A stretch of 64,000 bases of DNA from Candidatus Alkanophaga volatiphilum (GTDB lineage Archaea > Halobacteriota > Syntropharchaeia > Alkanophagales > B39-G2), in the NCBI GenBank assembly GCA_029259545.1, contig JAPHEE010000001.1:40474-104473 (forward strand), written 5' to 3'. Below the pieces are notes generated by a model, which was not told where the DNA came from, made no database searches, and saw nothing but the letters and a program-made list of their open reading frames with translations. Below, piece after piece: positions 29,404-37,724 of the stretch. The translations under genes and the position numbers were made by a program. Within the stretch, counting starts at the first letter, position 1. Each line of letters begins with the position of its first letter.

Positions 29404-29571
29404 TTACCACCTCCAGTCTACAATACGGCGTCCCCGTCCTTTTCGCCTTACGGCTGCGAAGGCTGCAGTCGCATCTCGCATCCAGCGGCGCGGCGCCGGC
29501 ATCAGACCTGCCCACATGCCGCCATATTGCCCGCGCCTCCTGCACCTGCCTCTTCCCATATTTCCTCGCAT
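29404..29571 (-). CDS. possible G/R-rich micro-protein (55 aa, below ORF-track cutoff)
   Basis: Hand-translated as MRGNMGRGRCRRRGQYGGMWAGLMPAPRRW.... The SD is weak (GAAAGGG). It fills the gap between neighbouring ORFs exactly. Confidence 0.3.
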   Translation of the reverse strand: MRGNMGRGRCRRRGQYGGMWAGLMPAPRRWMRDATAAFAAVRRKGRGRRIVDWRW

Positions 29572-29581
29572 CCCTTTCACA

Positions 29582-29746
29582 TTACCACCACCAGTAGGTC
29601 CACCACGCTGAGGGCATCCACGGCGTTATCGGACCGTAAATGCCGGTCCACCACCAGCGCGGCAACCACGGGAACCACCGGCAGAACGGGAATGGGTTGC
29701 CACGCCAGCCCCAACCTCGCCACCAACCTCTACCCCATGGGGGCAT
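29582..29746 (-). CDS. Trp-rich micro-protein (54 aa, 16 W; below ORF-track cutoff)
   Basis: Hand-translated as MPPWGRGWWRGWGWRGNPFPFCRWFPWLPRWWWTGIYGPITPWMPSAWWTYWWW. An AAGGAGGTGG SD overlaps the upstream stop. Confidence 0.5.
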   Translation of the reverse strand: MPPWGRGWWRGWGWRGNPFPFCRWFPWLPRWWWTGIYGPITPWMPSAWWTYWWW

Positions 29747-29758
29747 GACACCACCTCC

Positions 29759-30415
29759 TTAGCTCTTTAACCTTCTTATCATGTCCTTAACTTCTTTCAA
29801 CTCTTTTTCAAGCCTCTCAATCCGCTCTCTCAGCTCTTGCATGTCAGTTTGCGGCGGCTCGCCGCTCGCCATCGCGGTGGCGCGCCATCCCCCTCTGCGC
29901 CAGCCCTTGCCGCCCCCTCCAAAGCCTGGACCGAAAGCTGGCGGCACCGGCGACGTGAGTGGTGGCATCCAAGTTTGTGGCGGTGTGGGCGGCTGAGCTG
30001 ATGGCGTTTTTATCGTCGCTGATTGCGGCATTGAAGGCGGCGACGCGCCGAAGCTCATGCCGAAGTGCGGGGCGACTGTGGCACCGCCCGCCTCCCTGAG
30101 CTCGCCACGCTTGAACATCTCGACGGCGTCCTTGACGGTGCCGTGCGCGCCTGTAAAAACTCTTATGCCCGCCGCTGAGAGCGTTTGAAAGGCGTTGGGT
30201 CCGACATTTCCGGTGATGACAGCTTCGACGCCGAGACTCACTACGGTCTGCGCAGCCTGAATGCCGGCGCCGCCGGGGGCGTCGGCGCTCTCGTTACGGA
30301 CGGCTTCAAACTCCATGGTCTCAGAGTCCACAATCACGAAATACTGGCAGCGTCCGAACCTTGGATCGACTTGCGCGTCCAGACCATCCGAAGTTGCGGT
30401 CACGCACACCCTCAC
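29759..30415 (-). CDS. NifX-like domain fused to a DUF5320-like Pro/Gly linker and coiled-coil tail
   Basis: GTG 30415 gives MRVCVTATSDG...RFGRCQYFVIVD. The C-terminus is GFGGGGKGWRRGGWR...DMQELRERIERLEKELKEVKDMIRRLKS. Alternative ATG starts exist at 30445 and upstream. Confidence 0.65.
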   Translation of the reverse strand: MRVCVTATSDGLDAQVDPRFGRCQYFVIVDSETMEFEAVRNESADAPGGAGIQAAQTVVSLGVEAVITGNVGPNAFQTLSAAGIRVFTGAHGTVKDAVEMFKRGELREAGGATVAPHFGMSFGASPPSMPQSATIKTPSAQPPTPPQTWMPPLTSPVPPAFGPGFGGGGKGWRRGGWRATAMASGEPPQTDMQELRERIERLEKELKEVKDMIRRLKS

Positions 30416-30731
30416 GTTTCCCCCCACTAATGAATATAAATTCATAACATAAAAAGGTGACGCAAGGCGATGCTTGTGTTGCATACAAGCTTTTATGCCA
30501 GACCTTGCGCGCGCCTCGATGGCGGTCCCTTGCCGGGGCTGCATGAGAACAGCAGCTCTTGTCGTGCCGCTCGCCGTGCCAGCTCTGATCTTCTTTGGCA
30601 TCGCCGCTGCGGGATTATATATTCTCATTCAAACCGTCGTGGACGCAGCGGCGCCCGACGGTAGATGGTCGTCGGGGACGGCATTTATACGAGAAGGTCC
30701 AGAAAACCGCATTGTCCAAGCTGTGAGCCCT

Positions 30732-30831
30732 GAAGACGTCTCAGCAGACCTCGTGACCACTACAGTTAGTCCAAGAGGGGGTGCTGAAAAGAGAAAAGGG
30801 AAGACGTCTCAGCAGACCTCGTGACCACTAC
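30732..30831 (+). repeat. CRISPR-like mini-array: 2 x 32-nt direct repeat with a 36-nt spacer
   Basis: GAAGACGTCTCAGCAGACCTCGTGACCACTAC occurs at 30732-30763 and 30800-30831. The 68-nt period equals the period of the main array. An ATTTATAC TATA-like box lies ~45 nt upstream. Confidence 0.5.
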
Positions 30832-31049
30832 GGCTTCACCGTGAAAGGCACCTCCTTGCTTGGTCTTTCTGACCTGCCTCCGCCTAGGCGAGGTTCCCGA
30901 CACGGGACGGGCGGGCTTGCGGAGACGCATCGGCTCGGTCAGGAGCCGTCCGGTCAGCATTTAGCTGACCGAATCATCGAAAAATTAGGAGAGGGAATAA
31001 AATGTTTCGGGGGCTTCCTCCCCCTAGAGGCTTCCAGCCCGCAAGGAGT

Positions 31050-31250
31050 GTGACCTCCTCCCTCGCTCAGCAAGGGGCTTCCCGGGGGAGGTTGGGAGGT
31101 GTGCCGTGCCTCCGGCTCGGCACGCAGCCCCGCCGAAGGATATACCCACGGCTCGTTCCGAACTCACATTATCTTCGGAAAATTAACTGCCTCCAACCCC
31201 CTAATCATCCCGCCCCCTCAGGACGAGCCCTCTTAGCGACTGAAGGTAAA
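31050..31250 (+). mobile_element. MITE-like structured interspersed repeat, copy B (internally shortened)
   Basis: It shares the 5' end GTGACCTCCTCCCTCGCTCAGCAAGGGGCTTCC, the core GGATATACCCACGGC and the 3' end CTCTTAGCGACTGAAGGTAAA. Confidence 0.65.
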
Positions 31251-31534
31251 TCGATAGCTAGCCCCACAAAATGAACGAGGGCTAACCCGCATCTCTTAAG
31301 AATTATCGTCTCCCGCACAAGCCTCTGGTCGAAATCTTAACGGGCAAGGAAGCAGGCGACTTCAATGCTTATTTAGCATCACGTTGAGCAGCGGCGGTGT
31401 CGCAGACCGGTAATATCCCAGCGAATCCCCTATTGACGACACCATTGACGCCTCCCCGCAGGCTTCGAAAGTACCGCCCCTCCATTGCGGCTCCCTGCCT
31501 CCAGAGCTCATTTGGAGCAGAGTAGTGTATTACC

Positions 31535-31670
31535 TTTACAAAATGTCGCTACGAAAGCTCCCCACTTCAGTAGGGAGATGAAGTAGGGGTGGGTGGGAAA
31601 AGTTTTATACTTAAAACCTGAGGCGGGGAGGCTTAAAGTGAAGCCCCGCCTCCGGTCGGGAGAGGCTCAC
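31535..31670 (-). repeat. MITE-like repeat, partial copy I (3' module)
   Basis: The reverse complement reads AAGTATAAAACTTTTCCCACCCACCCCTACTTCATCTCCCTACTGAAGTGGGGAGCTTTCGTAGCGACATTTTGTAAA. This matches the 3' modules of copies A and C. Confidence 0.5.
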
Positions 31671-31800
31671 GATCCAGAGGCGCTCCGATTCATAAATGAA
31701 AACGCAGGTACTGACGATTGGTGGCCATAGGCGTCTTCAGCGCTTATTTTATTATCCCAAGCTCCAGCCTCGCCTCCAACCTTCCTCAGAACACCTTAAG

Positions 31801-32670
31801 TTACACTCTTAGTGTCGCTTCCAAGCACTCCCACACCCTTTTCATCTCAATGGCAGCTGGCGAGCGTGGCGAGCATTCCACGACCGGCTTCCCCATCGCC
31901 AGCGCCCGCATCACCGCCACGTCGTACGGAACCCTGCCGACCACCTCCACGCCCTCCGCCTCGCAGAACCTTTCCATCTCGACCGCCATTTCCGCATTCA
32001 AGTCGTATCTGTTTATGCAGACGAATGGGCGTACGTTGAAGTGTCGAGCCAGCCGGAGTACACGCTCCAAGTCGTGAAGCCCGCTGACCGTAGGCTCCGT
32101 CACGATCAATGCGGCGTCGACGCCGCTGAGTGTGGAGATGACTGGACACCCGATGCCCGGCGGCCCATCTATTAGTATCAAGCGGCAAGCCTCCCGCTCT
32201 GCGACGCTCAATGCGTTTTGCCGCACCACCGTCACGAGCTTTCCGGAATTCTCCTCCGCCGCATTTAGAACGGCGTGCGACAAGAAACCGTACTTCGTCC
32301 TTGAGAGGAACACATAACCCGAAACCTTTTCTTGCAGCGTTATTGCTTTTTCAGGGCACACGACAACGCAGACGCCGCACCCCTCACATAAAATTTCGTC
32401 CACCTCTCCCTTCTCTATCGCATCAAATCTACAAAACTCCTCACATCTCCCGCAGGCGGTGCATTTTTCTCCGTCCACCACCGCCACCTTTGCGCCCCGA
32501 AACTCCTCCCGTCTTAGAACTTCGGGCTTCAGAATGAGATGCAAGTCCGGGGCGTCAACGTCGCAGTCTGCCAGCACTTTGCGCTCAGCCAACGCTGCAA
32601 ACACCGCTACTATTGAAGTTTTGCCGGTGCCGCCCTTCCCGCTGACCACCGCAAGCTGCCGTATGCTCAT
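31801..32670 (-). CDS. MinD/CooC-superfamily P-loop ATPase with inserted ferredoxin domain, second paralogue
   Basis: SGKGGTGKTS Walker A plus CTACGRCEEFC and CEGCGVCVVVCP. Confidence 0.8.
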   Translation of the reverse strand: MSIRQLAVVSGKGGTGKTSIVAVFAALAERKVLADCDVDAPDLHLILKPEVLRREEFRGAKVAVVDGEKCTACGRCEEFCRFDAIEKGEVDEILCEGCGVCVVVCPEKAITLQEKVSGYVFLSRTKYGFLSHAVLNAAEENSGKLVTVVRQNALSVAEREACRLILIDGPPGIGCPVISTLSGVDAALIVTEPTVSGLHDLERVLRLARHFNVRPFVCINRYDLNAEMAVEMERFCEAEGVEVVGRVPYDVAVMRALAMGKPVVECSPRSPAAIEMKRVWECLEATLRV

Positions 32671-32705
32671 CTGAATTTATTTGTTGTCAGTCTTAATAAG
32701 AGGCG

Positions 32706-33668
32706 ATGAAAATTGTGGTGACCGGCGGTGCAGGCTTCATTGGATCGCATGTCGTAGATCGACTTATGGCGAGTGGTGCCGATGTCGTGGTTCTGGACAA
32801 TCTGAGCTCAGGGAGCTTGAAGTTCATAGAGCCGCATCTCCGAAGGGAGAATTTCGAGTTTCACAAGGTGGATCTGGCGACTTCCGCCTCCGACATCACG
32901 CCCCTCTTAGATGGTGCGGACGAGGTCTGGCATTTGGCAGCAAACCCTGACGTGCGTGTCGGCGTCGAGCGTCCCGAGGTGCACTTCAAGCATAACATCG
33001 TTGCGACTTACAACGTGCTGGAGGCGATGCGTCGGAACGATGTCCGTCGCATCGTCTTTACGAGCACCTCCACGGTCTACGGCGAAGCTACACAGCTCCC
33101 GACGCCTGAGGACTACGGACCGCTTATACCTATCTCTCTTTACGGCGCTTCGAAGCTCGCATGCGAAGCCCTGATTTCGGCGTACGCTCACACCTTCGAC
33201 ATGCAGGCGTGGATATATCGTTTTGCGAACGTTGTAGGGCGTCGGAGCACGCATGGCGTCATTTTCGATTTTATCAAAAAGCTGCAAGCAAACCCGAGGG
33301 AGTTAGAAATTCTAGGCGATGGCAACCAGACAAAATCCTATATTTACATCGACGACTGCGTCGAAGCCATGTTTTTCGGACTTAAAGCCTCTGAGGTCGT
33401 GAACGTCCTGAACATCGGCACTGAAGACCAAGTGACGGTGCGGCGGATCGCTGAAATCGTGTGCGAAGAACTGGGGCTTGTCGGTGGTAAGATGCCAGAG
33501 TTCCGGTTCACGGGCGGGCGGCGTGGCTGGCGAGGTGATGTTCCCCTCATGCTTTTGGACATCTCAAAGTTGAAGAACTTGGGCTGGCGTCCAAGGCATA
33601 ATTCGGAAGAGGCGGTGCGGCGGGCGACAAGGGACCTTCTTGAGGAGTTGAAACTCCAGCGGCGTTAA
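32706..33668 (+). CDS. NAD-dependent sugar epimerase/dehydratase (UDP-glucose 4-epimerase-like)
   Basis: GGAGFIGSH Rossmann motif and a YGASK catalytic motif. Confidence 0.8.
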   Translation: MKIVVTGGAGFIGSHVVDRLMASGADVVVLDNLSSGSLKFIEPHLRRENFEFHKVDLATSASDITPLLDGADEVWHLAANPDVRVGVERPEVHFKHNIVATYNVLEAMRRNDVRRIVFTSTSTVYGEATQLPTPEDYGPLIPISLYGASKLACEALISAYAHTFDMQAWIYRFANVVGRRSTHGVIFDFIKKLQANPRELEILGDGNQTKSYIYIDDCVEAMFFGLKASEVVNVLNIGTEDQVTVRRIAEIVCEELGLVGGKMPEFRFTGGRRGWRGDVPLMLLDISKLKNLGWRPRHNSEEAVRRATRDLLEELKLQRR

Positions 33669-33698
33669 CAAACATTTACTCTGTCGTCCCAGCCTCTT

Positions 33699-34063
33699 TC
33701 AGAAGTGGACGTCGTATGTCCGCCCGTTGGCTTCCAGCACGAGCTTTACTTTCGTGGGAAATGTCGTGTCCTCAGGTACGTGTATTGTTTCCTGCTCCTC
33801 GTGCACCTCCCCCCTTTTCAGCTCAAATTCTTTTTCCTTCACGAGTACGCTCCCCAAATATCTTTAGTTTGTTTCGTAGGCTTGTTCTCAAAGCACTGCA
33901 CGCCATAGACAAAGGACACGTTGTCTCCCGCCTTAACATAATTGGAGTACGACTCGGGGCGTAAGTAAAGGGCGGAGTAGGATTCCTGATAGGTCGCCCA
34001 GATAAGATAAGCAGCGACAGCAACCCCTATTATGCAGGCGATGAGCATGCTTGATGAGTACAT
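33699..34063 (-). pseudogene. small N-terminally anchored protein with one frameshift
   Basis: MYSSSMLIACIIGVAVAAYLIW...KDIWGAYS stops at 33839. The next frame continues VLVKEKEFELKRGEVHEEQETIHVPEDTTFPTKVKLVLEANGRTYDVHF. Confidence 0.4.
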
Positions 34064-34199
34064 CCATTTCGCTCTCCTCGTTGCCTGTGGCTGTTGTGCT
34101 CTTCATATGGCTTAGGTCTTAGTACCGAATAATAAAACGCGCAGCCACCGAGTTCAGAGGTTCTACACCCCGCTGCATGCAAGTGAAAAAGTAGGGTGG

Positions 34200-34348
34200 G
34201 GTGTGGCTCAGGACGAACCGCTCCCCTCCGCCGTCACGACGCCCTGCCCACACCGTATGGCTCGCTTCAATTCTCAGCTCCGCTCACATATAAAACCTTT
34301 TCCACTCCCCGATCCCCTCAAGGGGCTTTCTTAGCGACTTTCTGTAAA
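34200..34348 (+). repeat. MITE-like repeat, partial copy F (same subtype as G)
   Basis: Nearly identical to 37530-37664: CTCCCCTCCGCCGTCACGACGCCCTGCCCACACCGTATGGCTCGCTTCAATTCTCAGCTCCGCTCACATATAAAACC...CTTTCTTAGCGACTTTCTGTAAA. Confidence 0.65.
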
Positions 34349-34574
34349 AGTTTTTGGCTTCCGATGACATTTTGATGACGTATCGGAAGCCGTCAATCTC
34401 CATCACTCCGTTCGGAGCGACCTCATAGAAGGCATTGGGGCAGGCGGGAGCCCATCTGAGATCCGCCCACGCACGCCCATCAGCCCCTCGCCTCGCGCCC
34501 CTCCTCTCCTGTCGTCCTACCCGCCTCACCGACTCATGCGAAGGTCATCAAAACTCGGAGCTGTCGGCGAGCCC

Positions 34575-34811
34575 CTAATAGAGAGTTATATACTTGGATA
34601 TCTTGTCTGTGGAATCCACAACCCCGTACACTTCGAACCCTTCGCTTATTAGCACCTGCAAAGCCGTAGAGATTCCCCCTTCAAAGGATATTTGAACCGA
34701 GGCATAGTTTTGGACCATCTCTCTGAAACCAGGCATGTTCTTAAGCAGCTCGTAGAGTTTCAGCCATCGTTGTTCGTCCAACTTGCCTTCTAGGATTATA
34801 ACCTTGCCCAC
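34575..34811 (-). CDS. hypothetical protein
   Basis: 78 aa with a GTG start. No family recognised. Confidence 0.4.
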   Translation of the reverse strand: MGKVIILEGKLDEQRWLKLYELLKNMPGFREMVQNYASVQISFEGGISTALQVLISEGFEVYGVVDSTDKISKYITLY

Positions 34812-34825
34812 AAGACCACCAGAGT

Positions 34826-36057
34826 TTATTTGGCGACCTCCTCGTAAATACTTATCGTGTCTCTCGCTACTTTATCCCATGTAAACTGCGACAAAACTCT
34901 ATTTCTCGCGTTCTGTCCCATCTTCCTCCGCAATTCTTCATCCTTCAGGATTAAAACGACGAACTTCGCAATGTCGTTCGGATCGTCTGGATTTATGTGC
35001 GCACCGCAGATGCCGTCACCGCTCGGGATGACCTGCTCTCTAAGCCCCGACGTGCCCCTGGCGCCGACGACCACGGGCTTGGCCATCGCCATCGCCTCCG
35101 TGCACACTATGCCGAACGGCTCATTGATGGGAAGACGGCGACATCGCACGCCGCATAAAAGAGAATCCTTTCCGCCTCACTCACGTATCTGTTTACTAGT
35201 ATGACTCTGTTTGCTAGTTGCAGGCTTGAAATAAGGTGCCTCAGCAGGCCTTCTTGCTCGCCCACGCCGAGGATTACGAGCTTTGCGTTTGGCACCTCTT
35301 CAAGTATCATGGGCATTGCTCGCATGAGTGAGTCGGCGCCCTTTACCCAGGTGAGCCTGCCGACGAAAAGTATCATGAACTCATCGTCGCCGATGCCAAG
35401 ATGTGCTCTCAAGCCGGCTACTTCGTCTTTTTTCACCCGCGTGGGGTTGTATTTCTCAGGATCGATGCCGTTGTAAACAACTCTTATCTTCGACTCATCA
35501 TAGCCCAGCCTGACGAGCTCGTCCCGCATAGCATAGCTGACTGTGATGATGATCGTTGCGAACTCACCTGCGAGCTTTTCTATGGCTTTTATTGTTGAGG
35601 AGCCGTCGCCCGCCCTGCCTTGCTCTGTCGAGTGGACGTGGAAGATAAAAGGCTTTTTCAGAATCTCAGAGGCGATCATGCCTGCAGGCGCCGAGAGCCA
35701 GTCATGCGAGACTATCACGTCGAAACTCCGTTTTTCTTGCTCTACGAGCACGTTCACGAGCTTTGATGCCGAGAGAATGTTGTAGCAGAGCGTCTCTGCG
35801 AAGAACCGTCGCCCTTCGGGAGGCAACTTCGGACATCCTCGGGAACGATGAACGGTAAAATTTCGGCAAGATCCACAAGAATAGGCCTGTGGACCTCGAT
35901 GCCGTCCCAAACGTCCCTTGTCGGCGCCCTGCCGACGTTCCGTGAAAAAACGGTGACATCGTGTCCCAGCCTCACAAGCTTCCTCGTCATCTCCATAGCA
36001 TAAGTCCCCAAGCCGCCCCTGAAGTGGGAATTCATCTACGAAGTGTGCTATTTTCAT
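34826..36057 (-). pseudogene. GT-B (family 1/4-like) glycosyltransferase with about three frameshifts
   Basis: The frames read MKIAHFVDEFPLQG, GGLGTYAMEMTRKLVRLGHDVTVFS..., ...HVHSTEQGR...VFPS and NEPFGIVCTEAMAMAKPVVV.... The FPS/NEPFG junction lacks one A in a short A run. Confidence 0.65.
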
Positions 36058-36103
36058 CTACCTCACACTAAACTATTGACTTGGTTTAGTTTAATGTAGG
36101 GGG

Positions 36104-37486
36104 ATGTGTGGCGACAGCAAGCTTCCACGGGTACTCTTTGCGGGCACCGCTTCGGGGGTTGGGAAGACGCTTATTTGTGCGGGCTTGATCCTAGCGTTGC
36201 GGCGGCGTGGTTACCGCGTTCAGCCGTTCAAAGTAGGTCCTGATTACATAGATCCTGGATACCATACAAAAGCGGCAGGCGTGCCTTGTCGTAACCTCGA
36301 CAGTTTCCTGATGAATGAGGCAACCATCACAGAGATCTTCGTGAAACACGCAGCGAACGCCGATATATCGATTATCGAGGGTGTTAGAGGCCTTTATGAA
36401 GGTATCTCAGTGGACAGTGATGAAGGAAGCACTGCGCACATCGCTAAAATCCTGAAAACGCCTGTAATTTTGATCATTAACGCGAGGAGTATAACGAAAA
36501 GTGCCGCCGCTATCGTTTTAGGTTTCAAGAGCCTTGACCCAAATATTAAAATAGGAGGCGTGATCCTAAACAGCGTTTTCAATGAGGAACATCGCCGCAA
36601 GCTGGCAAGAGCGATCGAAAATTATGCAAAGGTGCCCGTTCTGGGAGCACTCCCGAGGAGTGATGCATTAAGTGTCGGAGAGAGGCATTTGGGCTTGCTT
36701 ACAGCTCTGGAGAACGTCATTGACCTGCGGCGTGTTGCGGACTTCGTAGAAGAACATATAGCTGTCGAAAAGATCGTGGAGCTTGCAGAGGTGGCGCCGC
36801 CGCTCTCGTCATCGGGCAATATCCACTCGTTACGAGCTTCGTCGACGTGCAACGGAGTACGGCTGGCAGTTGCCTACGACAATGCGTTTAACTTTTATTA
36901 TCAGGACTCGCTCGACGTGCTGAGAAGCTTAGGCTGCCGCATCCTCTTTTTCAGCCCGATGCAGGATGCGGCGTTGCCGGAGTGCGACGGTCTTTATCTC
37001 GGCGGCGGCTATCCTGAGGTCTTTGCGGCGGAGCTTTCTAAGAATAAAAGCATGCTACGGAGCGTTAAAAGGGCGGCGGAGGATGAAATGCCGGTGTATG
37101 CGGAGTGCGGCGGCTTGATATATCTCTCAAGGGCATTTGAGGGGGAGGGGCGTTTCGAATTTGTCGGCTTCCTTCCGTGCGAGGTGCGGATGCGGCGTCG
37201 CCACATAGGTTACACCGTGAACCAGATAATCTCAAGGACTATTTTAGGTGACAGTGGCATCCTGCGGGGGCACGAATTCCATTACACTGAGTGTGAGGTG
37301 TCTGACGACGTGCAGTTTGCATACAAAATGCTAAGAGGTAGCGGTATGGTCTCAAGGGGTGGAGAAAATTACGATGGGATCGTTCAAGGCGCGACGCTTG
37401 CCGCGTACACGCATCTTCATTTCGCAGCATGTCGCAAGGCTGCCGAAAACTTCGTTGCACGCTTGAGGTCATTTAGTAAGAAGTAA
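36104..37486 (+). CDS. cbiA: cobyrinate / Ni-sirohydrochlorin a,c-diamide synthase (CbiA/CfbB family)
   Basis: GTASGVGKT P-loop, FKVGPDYIDPGYH motif, and a C-terminal glutamine amidotransferase domain (YAECGG). Confidence 0.8.
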   Translation: MCGDSKLPRVLFAGTASGVGKTLICAGLILALRRRGYRVQPFKVGPDYIDPGYHTKAAGVPCRNLDSFLMNEATITEIFVKHAANADISIIEGVRGLYEGISVDSDEGSTAHIAKILKTPVILIINARSITKSAAAIVLGFKSLDPNIKIGGVILNSVFNEEHRRKLARAIENYAKVPVLGALPRSDALSVGERHLGLLTALENVIDLRRVADFVEEHIAVEKIVELAEVAPPLSSSGNIHSLRASSTCNGVRLAVAYDNAFNFYYQDSLDVLRSLGCRILFFSPMQDAALPECDGLYLGGGYPEVFAAELSKNKSMLRSVKRAAEDEMPVYAECGGLIYLSRAFEGEGRFEFVGFLPCEVRMRRRHIGYTVNQIISRTILGDSGILRGHEFHYTECEVSDDVQFAYKMLRGSGMVSRGGENYDGIVQGATLAAYTHLHFAACRKAAENFVARLRSFSKK

Positions 37487-37664
37487 CCTCCTGAGGGGCT
37501 TCCACGTGAAGCTGGGGGGCGTGCGGCACGAAGCTGCGCTCCCCTCCGGCGTCACGACGCCCTGCCCACACCGTATAGCTCGCTTCAATTCTCAGCTCCG
37601 CTCACATATAAAACCTTTTCACTCCCCAATCCCCTCAAGGGGTTTTCTTAGCGACTTTCTGTAA
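37485..37664 (+). repeat. MITE-like repeat, copy G (short subtype)
   Basis: It starts at the cbiA stop codon (TAACCTCCTGAGGGGCTTCCACGTGAAGC...). It carries the GTGCGGC/GCTGCGC hairpin and the 3' end TTTCTTAGCGACTTTCTGTAA. Confidence 0.6.
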
Positions 37665-37724
37665 GCCTGCGTTGTGATCGAATCGACAGCTGCCGCCTGT
37701 AGCAACGTCCATGCCGTAGAGCTT

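Noticed and set aside
28809-29748. Long plus-strand ORFs 28809-29597 (262 aa) and 29167-29748 (193 aa), Pro/His/Thr/Ser-rich
   Set aside because: They are the antisense shadow of the TGG-rich minus-strand genes (CCA codons). They have no SD sites and cut across six compact minus-strand ORFs that each have a GGAGGTG site. They also lack the recognisable coiled-coil and zinc-ribbon features seen on the minus strand.
30474-30824. 116-aa ORF (one predicted TM helix) containing the 32-nt direct repeats, considered as a protein with a tandem peptide repeat
   Set aside because: The 68-nt period puts the two copies in different frames, so the repeat is not protein-level. The ORF itself has no SD or family support and contains a TATA-like box internally.
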